Translations under genes and position numbers: made by a program
Notes under the pieces: model-generated
The model's database searches: none
Told to the model about the DNA's origin: nothing
The model's input: the letters and a program-made list of their open reading frames with translations, nothing else
From: Paludibacteraceae bacterium
GTDB taxonomy: Bacteria; Bacteroidota; Bacteroidia; Bacteroidales; Paludibacteraceae
Length of the DNA: 64,000 nucleotides
Assembly (NCBI GenBank): GCA_905233375.1
Contig: CAJOEJ010000002.1
Location: forward strand, 6,704 to 70,703
Reading direction: 5' to 3'
In this document: in pieces, positions 11,201-19,641 of the stretch
Layout: each line of letters opens with the position of its first letter
Position numbering within the stretch: position 1 is the stretch's first letter

Positions 11201-11283
11201 CCGAAGAGCATCAACAAGAGGAATATTGCCATCACTAATCCGTGACGACGCATCGCTCCTTCTATGTGTTTACTCGTTTTCAA
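8221..11283 (-). CDS. RND efflux transporter permease (AcrB/HAE family)
   Basis: 1020 aa with the 12-TM/two-large-loop RND architecture. It lies 4 nt downstream of the adaptor gene. The start at 11283 is TTG; an alternative ATG is at 11253. Confidence 0.9.
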   Translation of the reverse strand: MKTSKHIEGAMRRHGLVMAIFLLLMLFGIYSLPRMNKDEFPQFTMRQGLVVALYPGATAEEVEQQVTIPLEDYINTFEAVDKTLTFSRTYDGIVYVYVMLRMNAIDSEAAWNKIRAGLPLLQRTKMPSGVLQTLVIDDFGNTSSLLIAVESDQRSPRELEEFATQVCSKLRTIPEMGKLRIMGQQTEEIAVTIDPERLSMYGINPSALQAQMALQGLRTIGGEMNSQGTMQVIIPYQSEYEMQEQIVWSDPATGAIIRLKDIATIQRRYQTPKQYVEFNGASCLIINIEMVPGNNIVAFGKEVDKQLAQAALLLPPDIRFHRITDQPKVVNDSVLSFLRDILISILVVIAVMLVLFPLRTALVASTGVPVCTAICVGLMYITGIELNTVTLAALIFVLGMIVDDSVIVIDGYSNQLGKGHSRWYSAVVSTSILFVPMSLATMAISGMFFPMTRIITGPLGEFVQLFPWAVLFALVASIFYASWITPFLAFRFVRPRRDNELTRFERLQNKFFTWLQDGYKQLLQRCFDRPWIVWTLLGVSTAIGLFLLTRLNLQLLPKAEREFFAVEIHLRKGAGIEESAAVADSLATILNADERVTSVTAFVGQSSPRFHATYTPQTPAANYAQLIVNTKSSKATSQVLKAYSAKYENYFPNAYARFKQLDYQAVKNPLEVRVTGEDRKVMEPIADSIYRYMVAQPDLQWVHCDYNAVTPSTRIILKPEEATRLGITQTMLSLYLRQATQGATITTLYEGSYGVPVVLYTAGIDEMNAEQLGAIQIPTAVPTVWVPLRQVAAIEPEWHHSSLERRNSVNTLTIGADLRGNLSQVDAERNVKQWINTHITHLPEGVSVGYGGLTEVNGLILPQILWSIVAALAVMLVLLLYHFGKLGLALLALSSAILCLFGAMLGLWIFRLDISITAVLGVVSLIGIIVRNAIMMYEYAEDCRKYKLASYRQAAFDAGLRRMRPVFLTSATTALGVLPMIIAHSSLWMPMGVVICFGTIFTLPLTVTILPVVYWKIHDK

Positions 11284-11287
11284 TCTT

Positions 11288-12313
11288 TCAAATTTCCTCT
11301 ATTGCCGCTCCTTTGAACAGTTTCTGGTAGCCATCAACCACCAGGCTGTCTCCGGGTTGCAGCCCTTCCGTTACCAGAACGCCATCTGCCTGATAGGTTC
11401 CGATGAGCACTTGTCTTCTTTGTGCTGTCCCCTGCTCTTTCACCCATACAGTTGGTCCTTCGGGCATCAACAAGATGCACCTTGCGGGAATGACGATCTG
11501 AGACGAGTGCGTGTTATCGTTCAGCTGCACTTTGCTGATCATACCGGGCATGAGACGATTGTCTTTTCCGTGTACGCGCGCGATTATTTCATAGGTGTGC
11601 GAAACGGAGTTGGCTTTGAGCCCTTTCTCCGTGACGGTAACGGGGTAACGCGTTCCGGTAGCGGCACATTCCATTTCCCCTTCCTGCCCTACAGAGATTG
11701 CATTCACCTCGTTTTCGGGTACTGTAAAACGTACCGAGAACGCCGACACGTCCAAAATGCTCATTACCCGTGCTCCGGGAATCACGGATTGTCCTACACG
11801 GAGGTCCAGCCCGTTTACGACGCCGTCACAGGGTGCGAGCAAGGTACATTCCCTCAACTGTTGCTGTGCGGCTTCATAGAGCGACAGCGCTTGTTGGTAC
11901 TGGCTTTGGATCTCCACCATTTTCTGATCCGCGACGACTCCTTTAGCATGCACTTGCGAGACCCTTTCATAGCCGTCTTTTGCTTGTATCCACGCAGCTT
12001 TTGCCGAATGCAAGGCGTTGAGCGCCTGGGTACTGTCTATCCGTACAAGCACTTGTCCCTTGTTCACTTTGTCTCCGTCTTTGACATGCACGGAGAGTAC
12101 CCTTCCGGTCGTCTGGAGGCTGAGCGGCGTTTCCGTAGCAGCTTGCACAGAACCGACATAGCGCATACCTGAGATATGCTGTTGCGGCGTGACGACCTGA
12201 ATGCCGACCCGCAGCGGAGTCTGTTCCTGCCGGTTGTTTTTCTCCACCGCCGAGCAACCCGCCAGTATGAGGGTTATCAAGAGAAGGATAATATATTTCT
12301 GTTTGTTTTGCAT
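11288..12313 (-). CDS. RND efflux periplasmic adaptor (MFP/HlyD family) lipoprotein
   Basis: 341 aa with lipoprotein signal LILAGCS. The layout (barrel-sandwich / coiled-coil / beta-barrel) is typical of AcrA-like adaptors. Confidence 0.88.
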   Translation of the reverse strand: MQNKQKYIILLLITLILAGCSAVEKNNRQEQTPLRVGIQVVTPQQHISGMRYVGSVQAATETPLSLQTTGRVLSVHVKDGDKVNKGQVLVRIDSTQALNALHSAKAAWIQAKDGYERVSQVHAKGVVADQKMVEIQSQYQQALSLYEAAQQQLRECTLLAPCDGVVNGLDLRVGQSVIPGARVMSILDVSAFSVRFTVPENEVNAISVGQEGEMECAATGTRYPVTVTEKGLKANSVSHTYEIIARVHGKDNRLMPGMISKVQLNDNTHSSQIVIPARCILLMPEGPTVWVKEQGTAQRRQVLIGTYQADGVLVTEGLQPGDSLVVDGYQKLFKGAAIEEI

Positions 12314-12325
12314 ATATTCCGTTTG

Positions 12326-13651
12326 TTATTTGTTCTGTTGTCGTAGCGGCGTCTGTTTCCATTGTACGCTCAGATAGACTACGCGTGCGAGCAAATGGGC
12401 GAAATATGCCGCAAAGAGCGCCATGAGGGGCGCCATATGAACATAGTTCATTCCCCACTCTCCCACCATGAAGACGAGCACAAAAGCCATTGCCGCCCAG
12501 ATCATGGAGTTGCGTATCTGCACTCCCGCAGTAGCTCCGACATATATACCGTCCCACATGAACGCTAATGTGCTTATCATCGGCATGGCAATCAGCCAGC
12601 CCATATACTGCTCCGATGCGGACAAGACGGGTACGTCGTTTGTGAGCAATTGGATACAATCATCCCCCCAGAGGGCGTAGATGAGCGTGAACAATCCTCC
12701 GACACCTATACTCCAGACGAAGAGACGGCTGACGATGTCAGACACGGATGTCCGTCCTTGCCCGATCGCTTTGCCGACCAATGCTTCGCCCGCATAGGCG
12801 AAACCGTCCACAAAGAAGGAGAAGAACATGAACAGCTTCATCATGATACTGCTGACCGCCAGTTCCGTATCGCCGTGACGACTTGCAAGGAAGGTATAAC
12901 CGACATATACCACCATGAAACACATCGAGCGGATAAAGAGGTTTCCGTTAAGCGCCATCATCCGTTTCACTTCCCCGCCCTTCATGGATTCTATTATCTC
13001 GCGGATACCGATATGCACGATTTTGTATTTGAATGCCAGAATCATTATTGCCAATAGCAAACCGCTATACTGCGCCACGAGCGTGCCATACGCGACTCCG
13101 ACCACGCCCAGAGGCGTGCGTACCGCGAGATAATAGCTGGCGACCATATTGATCACATTCACCAGAATATCGACCGCCATGGGACTTTTGGTATCCTGCA
13201 TGCCGATGAACCATCCTTTGCAGGTGAAGAGCATAAGCGTGGCGATCGCCGCCCATATACGCACAAAGAAATAATCGCGCGCCACCTGTGCCACTTCCGC
13301 GGAGCAAGGCACGATTGCCAGGACGGCTGTGACAAACAACCATTGAATCGCCCAGATGACAAATGCCGCGATACAAGCAATCGTGAGACTCCGCGTGAGT
13401 ATTCTCCGGCACTCGTCTTGTTGCCCCGCACCATATGCCTGCGCCGTCAAGCCGCTTGTTCCGATGCGCAGAAAGCCGAAGTTCCAATAGAGCAAGTCGA
13501 AGAGCATCGTACCGATAGCTATACCCCCGATCGCGGACGCGTCACTCAGATGCCCCACGATAGCGGTATCCACGATTCCCACCAGCGGGATCGTGATATT
13601 GGCTAATATACTGGGGACAGCCAGACGCAATATGTCTTTGTTCGTGCTCAA
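12326..13651 (-). CDS. MATE family efflux transporter (DinF/NorM-like)
   Basis: 441 aa, 12 predicted TM helices, N-terminus …ILRLAVPSILANITIPLVGIVDTAIVGHL typical of MATE transporters. The start codon is TTG; there is no nearby ATG. Confidence 0.88.
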   Translation of the reverse strand: MSTNKDILRLAVPSILANITIPLVGIVDTAIVGHLSDASAIGGIAIGTMLFDLLYWNFGFLRIGTSGLTAQAYGAGQQDECRRILTRSLTIACIAAFVIWAIQWLFVTAVLAIVPCSAEVAQVARDYFFVRIWAAIATLMLFTCKGWFIGMQDTKSPMAVDILVNVINMVASYYLAVRTPLGVVGVAYGTLVAQYSGLLLAIMILAFKYKIVHIGIREIIESMKGGEVKRMMALNGNLFIRSMCFMVVYVGYTFLASRHGDTELAVSSIMMKLFMFFSFFVDGFAYAGEALVGKAIGQGRTSVSDIVSRLFVWSIGVGGLFTLIYALWGDDCIQLLTNDVPVLSASEQYMGWLIAMPMISTLAFMWDGIYVGATAGVQIRNSMIWAAMAFVLVFMVGEWGMNYVHMAPLMALFAAYFAHLLARVVYLSVQWKQTPLRQQNK

Positions 13652-13682
13652 AGGATGCGGTTATTTACCCTGTTTATAGTTG

Positions 13683-15389
13683 TTATTTGTCGTGTTTGTG
13701 CTCGTAAACGGCTTCCTCTACGTTGATGATGTAGTCACCCATTTTCTCCAACTCGAGGATGATATCCATGTAGTTGACTCCGGTCGAATAATCGTACTCT
13801 TTATCGGTAATGTGCTGCATGTTCTGCACTTTGAGTTCATCGCGGAAATTATTGATTTCATTCTCCATATTGGTCATTTCCATGAACTCGTCGCGCGTGA
13901 TATTCACCCGCTCCAAGGCTTCAACCATCTTCGCCTCGGCGCCGCTCAAGAGGTACATCATCATTTCGACGTTCTTGTTCTGGTACTCCGTATAAGGAAG
14001 TTTGCTGTCATGCTTGTGCCGGATGTACCGGGAGAGGTTGTAGTTGGCATCTCCGACAGACTCCAACTCGCTGACGATACGGAGCATTTTGTGCACCTCG
14101 TGTTTGGATTGATCAGAGAGACGTCCATCCGCCACGTTATTGAGGTATTGCGCGATCTCGTATTCCATCCGGTCGCATATACCTTCGTATTTCTCAACGC
14201 GGGAGAAGATCTTGGTGAACTGCGCCTCGTCCTCCTCGTAGTATAGGTCATGAATCATGCCGACCATCCGCTGGGTGCGGATAGCAAAGACGTGTATCTC
14301 TTTCCACGCCTGGAGGATAGACAACTCGGATGTGGACATGAGTCCACCGGAGATGAAGCGGAGCGAGCTATCCGTATCCTTCTGCTCGGGCTTGGACGGG
14401 ATGATCCAGATGACGAGTTTCTCCAGCCATTTGATAAAACCGATAAGAATACAGGTATTGACCACGTTGAAGGTCGTGTGGAAGGTAGCCAGGATTGCGT
14501 TCAGTTTGTCGGGAGAGACGTCACTCGGCTGACCCGGCGTGAAGTCCACGCCCCATAACCCGCATACTTTTCCTACGAACAAACGGAAGACGCAGAGGAC
14601 CCAGATGACGCCGAAGAGGTTGAATACCAAGTGCGCCATAGCTGCACGACGTGCCTGGGTGGAAGCGGAGAGGGCTACGATATTGGACGTAATGGTCGTA
14701 CCGATGTTCTCACCCAAGACGAGCGAGATACCCATATCAAGCGGCAGGACGTGGGTGGAACAAAGGGTCATGGTGATCGCCATGATAGCGGCTGAACTCT
14801 GGACGGCAAAAGTCAGTATTCCGCCGACCAGCAGGTAGAGGAAATAACTTCCGTAGCCCCAACTGGAAGTGGCGATAAAGAAATTGCGTACCGGTTCCAT
14901 CTGATCCAGATGCATCTCGGTAGCGTTGATCTTCAAGGTAGTAAGACCGAGGAGCATCAAGGAGAGACCGATGAGGAAATCACCCAGGTTGGCATTCTTC
15001 TTGGTGTAGATAAGCGCAACCGCCAACACGATGGTCGTATAAACGACGAGACGGAGGTCAAACGATCCGCCACCCAAGACCATGATCCACGCCGTGAACG
15101 TGGTACCGATATTGGCACCCATGATGACCGAGATAGCTTGTACCAGCGACAGAATGCCCGCCGAAACGAAGCTGACCGTCATGACCGTGGTCGCCGTAGA
15201 AGATTGTACCGCGGCTGTGATGAACGCACCTGTCAACACGCCGGAGAAGCGGTTGGTGGTCATCGTGCCCAATACGTTGCTCAGTTTACTACCCGCCATT
15301 TTTTGCAGGCCTTCACTCATTACCTTCATTCCGTACATCAACATCGCTACGGAACCAATGAGCGTGATAATTTGCAGAACTAATTGCAT
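13683..15389 (-). CDS. Na+/phosphate symporter family protein (NptA-type membrane domain + PhoU-like C-terminal repeats)
   Basis: 568 aa. The N-terminal half is polytopic with duplicated QSS(T/A)A motifs (AAVQSSTATT, AVQSSAAIMA). The C-terminal half is soluble, helical and PhoU-like. Confidence 0.85.
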   Translation of the reverse strand: MQLVLQIITLIGSVAMLMYGMKVMSEGLQKMAGSKLSNVLGTMTTNRFSGVLTGAFITAAVQSSTATTVMTVSFVSAGILSLVQAISVIMGANIGTTFTAWIMVLGGGSFDLRLVVYTTIVLAVALIYTKKNANLGDFLIGLSLMLLGLTTLKINATEMHLDQMEPVRNFFIATSSWGYGSYFLYLLVGGILTFAVQSSAAIMAITMTLCSTHVLPLDMGISLVLGENIGTTITSNIVALSASTQARRAAMAHLVFNLFGVIWVLCVFRLFVGKVCGLWGVDFTPGQPSDVSPDKLNAILATFHTTFNVVNTCILIGFIKWLEKLVIWIIPSKPEQKDTDSSLRFISGGLMSTSELSILQAWKEIHVFAIRTQRMVGMIHDLYYEEDEAQFTKIFSRVEKYEGICDRMEYEIAQYLNNVADGRLSDQSKHEVHKMLRIVSELESVGDANYNLSRYIRHKHDSKLPYTEYQNKNVEMMMYLLSGAEAKMVEALERVNITRDEFMEMTNMENEINNFRDELKVQNMQHITDKEYDYSTGVNYMDIILELEKMGDYIINVEEAVYEHKHDK

Positions 15390-15430
15390 ATGGTTGTTTG
15401 TTATAAAAATGTACTATTTTTAAGATTTGT

Positions 15431-15484
15431 TAGTCTCGGCATAGTCTCGACTTGCTCTCGACTCTATCTCGATTCTGTCTCGTG
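15431..15484. repeat. degenerate tandem array of (T)GTCTCGA-type words x5-6
   Basis: TAGTCTCGG CA TAGTCTCGA CTTGCTCTCGA CTCTATCTCGA TTCTGTCTCGTG. It lies in the spacer between the REC/ATP-grasp gene stop and the Na/Pi symporter start. Confidence 0.75.
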
Positions 15485-15521
15485 TACAATTTTGGGGCAA
15501 AAAGTATACGATTATTAAGAT

Positions 15522-18455
15522 TTACAATTTAACCAAAGCCCTGTTAGCATATCCGTCTATGTACATTTCGAGGGGCTTTTCGAGCCGTACATGCCGTACA
15601 AGATCCGTTTCTTCGACCGCAGGAAGGGCGTCCAGTATGTCCTGGCAGTAGAGGTCGTCCACGCGTGCCCACGGATCCACATTGATGTATCCGACGTTGA
15701 AGGAGGTCATGTTCTGGAAGAAATGACTTCCCTGGCTGGGTTCGATGCGGAAGTTCTCCAACGAGCACTCGGCGATCGCTTTGGCTTCGCTGATGTCGCT
15801 CCATTGGACGGGCACGCCCAAAGTCGGGATCTGCGAGCCCAGACGTCCATAGACAACGAGCATGAACTGCTTCCCTTCCGTGCGTAACCGGCTGTTCCAC
15901 AAGCGAATCGTTTCCGCCATCTCGCGCGTACGCAATATATCGAAGGTCTCGCGGCGCAGGTAGATGATATCTGTCACGTCTTCGACCTTGCCGATGCCCA
16001 AGGCATTTCCCGATCGGAGGAACGCTCCGTTTTCATCCACGTTCTCCCACTCGACCTGCGCGTTCAGCGAGTCCGATGAAATCGGGCGGATCTGCAGCAC
16101 ATGGAAGATCTGCGGGGCAGATTCGAGGTTCACAGCGAACTCAATCTCCACCGGACATTTGATTTCCTTCTGGGCGATATCCAGCAAGGCGCGTATAATC
16201 TCCGCCAAGGGGAAAGTGTTGAATTTCAGCTGCGGGGCAAAGGTCACGATACGCGGTCCATCGGGATAGCAGGAGTCCACGATCCGCATATTCTCGCGGT
16301 CGTAGGTGGAGGCTATCAGTTTGAGGCTCTCGAACTGACCGCAATCGTGTATGGGGATGCGCTCGAGGTTGACCGCATCATCAATGGAGGTCTTGAAGCG
16401 CTCTGGGCTGAGTGACAACGCCAGCATGGATTGCTGCGTCTCGCGCATCGCCAGATCGACCGTTGAAGTCTGGAGCACGTGTTTAGGGTATTTGGGCGAG
16501 AAACGGAGCACTTGTTCGCCGTCCACGACCGCTTTGCCCAAGCCATACGCCACTTTGACGATTCCGTCTTCGGGTTTCTCTTTGCCTACCGGGTAGAAAT
16601 TGATGCTTCGTGCGACTCCGCTGATCACAGGGAAATAGTAATTTCCTTCGGTTTCACCACACACTTCCTGCAAGACGATCGCCATTTTCTCCTCGCTCAG
16701 CACGTTTCCCGTGGAGGTTATATAGCCACGTGACGCGGCATAATAGACGCTCGCATAGACCGACTTGATGGCTTTGCTCAAGAGCCGGAGTTGCTGGTCC
16801 TCGTTCTCCGTGTGCGGAATCATATACGTGCTATAGACACCCGCAAACGGCTGATAATAATTGTCTTCGAGCTTGCTACTTGAACGGATAGCCAAAGGTC
16901 TTTGCGTCACGCGGATGAAATGGCGTAACGCCTCCCGTAACTCCGTAGGCAACATCGCCGAAACGAACTCCGAGAGGATTTCTTCGTCCGAGAGGTCGGC
17001 GTTAATGACATATTGCAGCCCGTTGTCATGTATGAAACGGTCGAAATAATCGGTTGTAATGACCATCGTGCGCGGAACCAATACCCGCAAATTCTCCCAT
17101 TTGTCGTACAGGTCATGTTTCTGCAGCATATGGTTGAGGAAAGCAAGTCCTCTACCCTTTCCTCCCATGGCTCCGTCGCCGCAACGGGCAAACCAAATGG
17201 TGTCGTTATAGGTGTCCGGCGCATAACGAGCGACCACGCCCAATGCCTGATTAATACGGTAGTCGTGAATGAGAAGGATATTGGTCTGACGGATGTTCTC
17301 GATGTCGGTCTCGTCCTGAATGGTCAGCTTGTGGACCTCTCGTCCGATCGCGAACAGACCACGGGCAAAGAGCCATTTACTGAGGTAGTTATTATCACTC
17401 AGACGCCGGAAAGCCGCCGATGAAATCGAGGAAATAACGCGTTCGAAAGCTTCCAGATCGCTTGCGCGCGCTATCTCGCGTCCCGTACGCGGCTCGATAG
17501 CCACGAAATCGCCGAAGCCGAACTCGCGCTCGATGTAAGCACTCAGTTCCTGGGTGAGCGTCTTGCTGGTCTTGACCACAAAGCCCACTTTCAACTGCTT
17601 TGCCACGCTGCGCATGGACTCCTGCGAACTTTGCAGCAGAAACGGCATCGTGGGGTTGTTTTCGCGGATCAACCGGCACAAATCGACACCTGCGTCCAGT
17701 TTTTCGGAGGAAGACGGGTCGCCCTTATGCAGCACAAATCCGATATCGGAGATGACGCCGATCATGTTCTTGCCGTAACGGTCGTACATCTCTGTCGCCT
17801 CGTCATAACAGGTCGCCATCAGCACTTTGGGTCGCGCCCGCTTACGTAGCAACTGCTGCTTTTCATTGAGCGCATCGCGGATGGCGATGGAGTTCTGCTG
17901 CAAAACGAGTTTGTAGAGCAAGGGCAGATAGGTCGAATAATAGCGCACGCTGTCTTCCACCAGCAATATCGCCCGCACGCCTTCCTCCAGGATGTCATGG
18001 TCGGCGTTCATCCGGTCCTCGATGAGCTTGATAATGGCGATGATGAGGTCGGTGGAGTTGTTCCAGTTGAACAGGTAGTCAATATAGCGTTTGTCCTGCT
18101 GCTCGATGCGCCGATAGACTTCTTTGCTGAACGATGACAAGAGCACGATCGGGCAATCCGGTTGCAGTTGTTTGGCTTGTTGCGCAAAATCCCACACATC
18201 GTTTCCTCCGGCACTATAGACAATCATGATGAGGTCAAATGATTGACGATCTACGATTATCTCCAAGGCTTCCACGGTGGTCTCCGCACGCACGATAGCC
18301 GGCGGATTGCTCAGGTTGAGTTCCGCGTACTCCTGCGCTATCTGCACGTCGATACGTCCGTCCTCCTCAAGCGCAAAACTGTCGTAGTTGTTGCACACGA
18401 GCAGAATCCTCCGCACGCGTTTCGCCATCAACGATGTGTAGCTGCTGTTGTTCAT
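15522..18455 (-). CDS. multidomain regulator-like protein: pseudo-receiver + receiver + PEP/pyruvate-binding (PPDK_N ATP-grasp) domain + uncharacterised C-terminal domain
   Basis: 977 aa. The second receiver has LLVEDS … VISDIGF … acidic/phospho-acceptor-like positions. The ATP-grasp part has GGKGRGLAFL and …IRSSSKLED…. I see no …TSHAA… swivel-His motif. Confidence 0.75.
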   Translation of the reverse strand: MNNSSYTSLMAKRVRRILLVCNNYDSFALEEDGRIDVQIAQEYAELNLSNPPAIVRAETTVEALEIIVDRQSFDLIMIVYSAGGNDVWDFAQQAKQLQPDCPIVLLSSFSKEVYRRIEQQDKRYIDYLFNWNNSTDLIIAIIKLIEDRMNADHDILEEGVRAILLVEDSVRYYSTYLPLLYKLVLQQNSIAIRDALNEKQQLLRKRARPKVLMATCYDEATEMYDRYGKNMIGVISDIGFVLHKGDPSSSEKLDAGVDLCRLIRENNPTMPFLLQSSQESMRSVAKQLKVGFVVKTSKTLTQELSAYIEREFGFGDFVAIEPRTGREIARASDLEAFERVISSISSAAFRRLSDNNYLSKWLFARGLFAIGREVHKLTIQDETDIENIRQTNILLIHDYRINQALGVVARYAPDTYNDTIWFARCGDGAMGGKGRGLAFLNHMLQKHDLYDKWENLRVLVPRTMVITTDYFDRFIHDNGLQYVINADLSDEEILSEFVSAMLPTELREALRHFIRVTQRPLAIRSSSKLEDNYYQPFAGVYSTYMIPHTENEDQQLRLLSKAIKSVYASVYYAASRGYITSTGNVLSEEKMAIVLQEVCGETEGNYYFPVISGVARSINFYPVGKEKPEDGIVKVAYGLGKAVVDGEQVLRFSPKYPKHVLQTSTVDLAMRETQQSMLALSLSPERFKTSIDDAVNLERIPIHDCGQFESLKLIASTYDRENMRIVDSCYPDGPRIVTFAPQLKFNTFPLAEIIRALLDIAQKEIKCPVEIEFAVNLESAPQIFHVLQIRPISSDSLNAQVEWENVDENGAFLRSGNALGIGKVEDVTDIIYLRRETFDILRTREMAETIRLWNSRLRTEGKQFMLVVYGRLGSQIPTLGVPVQWSDISEAKAIAECSLENFRIEPSQGSHFFQNMTSFNVGYINVDPWARVDDLYCQDILDALPAVEETDLVRHVRLEKPLEMYIDGYANRALVKL

Positions 18456-19522
18456 TATTGGTGTTGTTCTTTGGGTTCATTAACTGCTTCTTCCAGTTGC
18501 AAGAAACGGTCAAAGTCAGATTGATACAATTGGTCTTGTATAATACGGTACTTTTCAAATTCTGTCTCCGCTTTTGCTTTCGCCAATTCCGCGGAGATAC
18601 GTCCCGCATCATGTAATACATCTCTATCCCATAGCTGCAGGAATCCATTCAGCCGCGTCTCCCAATCTGCCATTGTCATCGGTATATGCCGCATAGCTTG
18701 TACTTCCGCGAAATCCAGATAAGCGTTCACTATCCGCGATAACGTGTGTAACTCCTCATCCGTTAAATAATTCTTAGCAATCACTACATCATAGCGGTGG
18801 ATTTTCCCTTGCGGTGCACCTTCCCAAGTAGTCAACCCCATATGCTCTTTTTCCGCGTCTGCGCGTTCATAAATCAGTTCGGCGGCAGTATGTTGATGAA
18901 CGGCATAGTGCAATTTATTTTGTACTGCTGCAAAGAAACGCTTGGTTGCCGTCGCTGTTGGATCATAATCAATACTCGTTGCATATATATCTGTTACCTT
19001 CTGGTAGAAACGACGTTCCGAGAGACGAATTTCGCGTACGCGTTCTAATTGCTTCTCGAAGTAGTCTTTCGTCAGTATTGTTCCGCCTTTCTTGAGTCGC
19101 TCGTCATCCATTACCCAGCCTTGGATCGTGTAGTCTTTCACGATTGCGTTTGCCCACTTGCGGAATTGTACCGCACGCTCGTTATTCACCTTAAATCCTA
19201 CCGCAATAATCATCTGCAAACTATAGTGTTTCACTTCACGAGCGACTTGCCGCGTACCCTCAGTTTGAACTATCCTAAAATTTCGGATAGTTGCCTCTTC
19301 TGACAGCTCATTGTCGTTGTAAATCTGCTGAATATGGTAGTTTAATGTACGCACATCCACGCCATAAAGTTCCGCCATCAGACGTTGTGTGAGCCATAAA
19401 TTTTCATCCTGATAGCGTAATTCCACACTATCCGGTTGGTCGCCAACAGCACATGCAAAAGTCAAATACTCCGCCGCAGATGACCGTAATGTTACTTCAT
19501 TATTTTTCTTTTTCTTAGGCAT
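18455..19522 (-). CDS. RhuM-family protein (virulence/defence-island-associated)
   Basis: Matches my memory of RhuM proteins over most of its length (…LWLTQRLMAELYGVDVRTLNYHI…IRNFRIVQTEGTRQVAREVKHYSLQMIIAVGFKVNNERAVQFRKWA…). I start at ATG 19522 (MPKKKKNNE). Its TAA stop shares one nt with the ATG of the downstream gene. Confidence 0.8.
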   Translation of the reverse strand: MPKKKKNNEVTLRSSAAEYLTFACAVGDQPDSVELRYQDENLWLTQRLMAELYGVDVRTLNYHIQQIYNDNELSEEATIRNFRIVQTEGTRQVAREVKHYSLQMIIAVGFKVNNERAVQFRKWANAIVKDYTIQGWVMDDERLKKGGTILTKDYFEKQLERVREIRLSERRFYQKVTDIYATSIDYDPTATATKRFFAAVQNKLHYAVHQHTAAELIYERADAEKEHMGLTTWEGAPQGKIHRYDVVIAKNYLTDEELHTLSRIVNAYLDFAEVQAMRHIPMTMADWETRLNGFLQLWDRDVLHDAGRISAELAKAKAETEFEKYRIIQDQLYQSDFDRFLQLEEAVNEPKEQHQ

Positions 19523-19641
19523 AGTTGTTTCGTTTGTTAGCAGATTTTTTCTCGAATGATTCTGCCAAATCATTTTTCAGTTTTGCAAGATATTCGTTGC
19601 GCGTGCGCTCTCCCACGTAAGTAACAATATGTGAAGACGGA

